This document shows, one piece after another, positions 61,190 through 64,000 of a DNA stretch of 64,000 bases. This DNA is from Trypethelium eluteriae (taxonomy: Eukaryota). The notes beneath the pieces were generated by a model. The model made no database searches and was not told the origin of the DNA. It saw nothing but the letters and a program-made list of their open reading frames with translations. The translations under genes and the position numbers were made by a program. How positions within the stretch are numbered: position 1 is the stretch's first letter; each line of letters starts with the position of its first letter. Where the stretch lies: assembly GCA_051942245.1 (NCBI GenBank), contig JAVECL010000005.1, forward strand, positions 62,001 to 126,000, in the 5' to 3' direction.

Positions 61190-62359
61190 TTAATTTTCAA
61201 GGTCGCTTTCCATCTTGACTTTAGCCTCTCTTTTACGCAACTCCTTTTCAGCGCTTTCTCTCTTAATTTCTCCTCGAATTCCTGTCTCACTCTCCTCCTT
61301 CATGATCTCCCTCTTTTCCGCTTCTCCACCTTGCAACCCATCCTCATGTCTTCCCTTCTCCTCGCTCTCTTCGGCCTTAGTCTCTTGCTCCATTAACAAA
61401 CTGTTCAACACGGCTTCACTCTTCACCAACGCATCTGTCATTGGCCCCTCTCTATGGTTCTCCTCATCTTCCGCGATTCCTTGATATCGTTCATGCGCCT
61501 CCCGATAGAGCACATCAAAGCTAAATTCAAGGCTTTCCCACTCTCCTGGCCACGCGCTCTTCACGATCTTCTTTGGCCTCTCATCCATCGTTTCCGGTTC
61601 CACTTTAGAACGTACTACGTCAGTTTGTGTCTTTCTTGCCGGACCGACGAAGAGTTTAATAGAGTCCGACGCACCAGCACTTTGTATTGGAACCCCACTT
61701 CTATCTTTTTCAGGCCACGAATTTGCTGCGGCAGGCTTCTGCCTGAGACGACCACCCGCAACGCGATTCGAGTCGTAACTCGCTGACGAATGCATCAAGA
61801 ATTCCTCGTCGTCATCCGCAGACGCTAGTGTCGGCGTACGCTGGTTCCCTTCCACTTTCTTCAACACAAGCCCTAATCTCTTCGCAACAAGCGTGAAGTG
61901 CCGACCATCCCTCATATCTTGCTCCTGAACTTCAGCCCTTACCCGGTCTTGGAGCGCCTTCAGTTCCTGTTTCGGTGCGTTCTCATACTCGCTCTGACCG
62001 CGCATTTCTTTCATGCGCTTGTAGAAAATATTCATCCTGTTGTTGCGAGCTTTTCTGACTTTTTGGAGCCGAGCCATGTAGTCATCATTCGAGCAGCCAG
62101 GGGGGGCATCAAACATGTTTAGTAGCACCCTTGGGATAGGAAAACTTTCTGTCTTAGGCTTTTTGTGAATCGTGGGTTCGGGCTTTGTTTCTGGTTCATA
62201 TTCGGTTGGCGTGGGAGTAGTGGACTCATCGGGAGGGAGCGGAGAGGATTGAGGTCGCGATGGCGGGGGAGAAAGTGGTTCCTCTTTAATGCCGTCGAAG
62301 AATTCTTCGTCATCGTCTACGGCATTGAGATCGAGTCCAGTAGTACTGTGCGTTTCCAT
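61190..62359 (-). CDS. Hypothetical charged/low-complexity protein
   Basis: 389-aa intronless ORF with a basic helical core (KVRKARNNRMNIFYKRMKE). Confidence 0.7.
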   Translation of the reverse strand: METHSTTGLDLNAVDDDEEFFDGIKEEPLSPPPSRPQSSPLPPDESTTPTPTEYEPETKPEPTIHKKPKTESFPIPRVLLNMFDAPPGCSNDDYMARLQKVRKARNNRMNIFYKRMKEMRGQSEYENAPKQELKALQDRVRAEVQEQDMRDGRHFTLVAKRLGLVLKKVEGNQRTPTLASADDDEEFLMHSSASYDSNRVAGGRLRQKPAAANSWPEKDRSGVPIQSAGASDSIKLFVGPARKTQTDVVRSKVEPETMDERPKKIVKSAWPGEWESLEFSFDVLYREAHERYQGIAEDEENHREGPMTDALVKSEAVLNSLLMEQETKAEESEEKGRHEDGLQGGEAEKREIMKEESETGIRGEIKRESAEKELRKREAKVKMESDLEN

Positions 62360-63653
62360 ACTGAAGAATTCTTTTATTACGAGGACCTACTTTTAGGATT
62401 TCGGTGCGAGGCGCTTTGATGCTGCCGTCGAATGCTATATCTAAAATATGTCAACTTGCTTGAACCGTGCGAAGGAGGTTGTTATCTATTCGTCAGATAG
62501 TCACTCACTTCATGGACGGCTCTAAGTACTGTAGACTCGCTTCAGATAATTCAGGTGAGCTGGTATCCAGTGAGGAATGGCAGGTGAAAGAGGAAGGTTC
62601 GAATTGAGATATCCAAAAAGCTCCGAACTGGTGGAAGAGAAGATTGTTGATGGGGACTAACTCTCTCCCGAGATGAAGAAGTGAAGTCACACGAAATAGA
62701 TAGTAAAAAGAATCAACCTGCTTTGTTAGGGATCATAGTGACTTGAATCGCTCCAAGTGAGCAAAGGGTAAAATGGTGAAGATTGTATGACAGGTAGGGA
62801 GAGGTTAATTCCATGAGAGCCTGAATCGGGTAAGTAGGAGAGTGAAGCGAAGTCCGAAGAGGGAAAGAGGCGGATGCGAGTGAGATGAGCAAGAAATACT
62901 TGAGAGACAAGTAATTGAAGCCTGATCATTGATTTCAGAAACAGTTAAAGACTTCGGTGGACTTCGCCACTCAATCCCATGGTCAAGATCATGAGAGATG
63001 AGTATGGATCTTGGCAACTCTCGAAGAACGGGAGACCCAGGAGATACCGTAGAAAGTGGACTAAGATCCTCTGCCGTCGTAAGGTGCGCTTCAGGCTCCT
63101 GAGAGAACATTGGCTTGGAGCGCGAGTATCGACTCAAATAATTGTCTACGTCTGTACAGACTCATCTAAACTTCCGTACTTTTATGAGAACAAACGAGCT
63201 ATGTTCCTAACGTGGACGAGCAGATTTCCACGTGTTGCCGCGTATTCTGTGCAGACTTTTCCATAGTTTGAAAGAAAATTCTTCAAGGGAACCATGCGGT
63301 ATTGGGCGGCTCTGCCTATAGCGGAGTTGAGGGAAGACGCATTCAGTAGCAAAATCAGCCAACAGTGCCATGGTGTGAGGGTCTGGTTCTAGCCTGCTTA
63401 GGATGCGCCGTATGTGTAGCATTCATAATCGATCAAAGTATCTAGCATTGATGTCAAGAAAATATAGACGCGAAGCGGCAGCACTGATGCCAGGAATGTA
63501 AAGAAAGGAGGTACGAGTGAAATGAAAAGGGGGTATCTGGGCCAAACTATGACCACACAGAAAGTAATACGATCTCTAAGAGACATGACCAGTCAGACAC
63601 TAATTATTCCAGAAAGTAGTATTAAGAAGCACTTGAGGCTAGTAAAGCCGCTA

Positions 63654-64000
63654 CTAATCCTCATACACGCTTCTATTAAAGAACCGGTAAATCTGCCTTG
63701 CTGCCTCTTTACCCACCAGCTCCCCTAAGTCTTCCTCCCCCATGTTCGCAAGCTGTTCTATACTGCCTACCTCTAATATCAGTTTGTTGAACACTGCCGA
63801 GCTCACACCCGGCACCGATCTCAACATATCCTGGGGAACCTGGCTGAATGCACTCCGATTCATGTCCTCCGGATCTTCACCTGCTTGCAACCCGATCTGC
63901 ACGGCGCGGATCGGATCTGGCTCATCCTGCGCCCGCTTCAGCTCCTCAAAGATCTCCGCGGTCTGAAACGGCGAGCTCGACCAGATGATGCGCAGTCGCG
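63654..64000 (-). CDS. RAD1: DNA repair endonuclease XPF/Rad1/Mei-9, 3' end (partial)
   Basis: RLRIIWSSSPFQTAEIFEELK..EPDP followed by the HhH region DMLRSVPGV..QIYRFFN. It runs off the window end. Confidence 0.9.
   Translation of the reverse strand, partial: RLRIIWSSSPFQTAEIFEELKRAQDEPDPIRAVQIGLQAGEDPEDMNRSAFSQVPQDMLRSVPGVSSAVFNKLILEVGSIEQLANMGEEDLGELVGKEAARQIYRFFNRSVYED

Noticed and set aside
62505..63600. Short ORFs between the 389-aa gene and RAD1
   Set aside because: I could not assemble a coherent spliced gene, and no motifs were found.

Overview
Intron-containing genomic DNA from a filamentous ascomycete (Pezizomycotina; Eurotiomycetes-like, which is an inference). About 27 protein-coding genes were reconstructed by joining ORFs across recognisable splice sites. 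Conserved housekeeping genes are a GT2 glycosyltransferase, a beta-carbonic anhydrase, Mpv17/PMP22, a dienelactone-hydrolase-like/SnoaL protein, a Zn2Cys6 TF, an S10 carboxypeptidase, malate synthase, a GFA/Mss4-like protein, NEW1/Elf1, CHS5, CHS4/SKT5, CBP4 and the 3' end of RAD1/XPF. These alternate with accessory-looking blocks at about 3.9-9.7 kb, 12.5-22 kb, 24.5-28.8 kb and 47-53.6 kb. The best candidate for an undescribed system is a head-to-head pair: a DUF6594-type 3-TM protein and a stand-alone retropepsin-like aspartic protease with a C-terminal 5-residue N/Q/G/R pseudo-repeat, flanked by a Cys-rich secreted protein. Other highlights are a HeLo-like/C2H2 fusion, two diverged paralogous small secreted proteins, a recurrent C-rich to G-rich skew flip inside genes, a repeated intergenic GTACTCCGTA motif and an in-frame GC-AG intron. 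No rRNA, tRNA, CRISPR array or intact transposon was recognised. All family calls come from motif recognition by eye, not from database searches.
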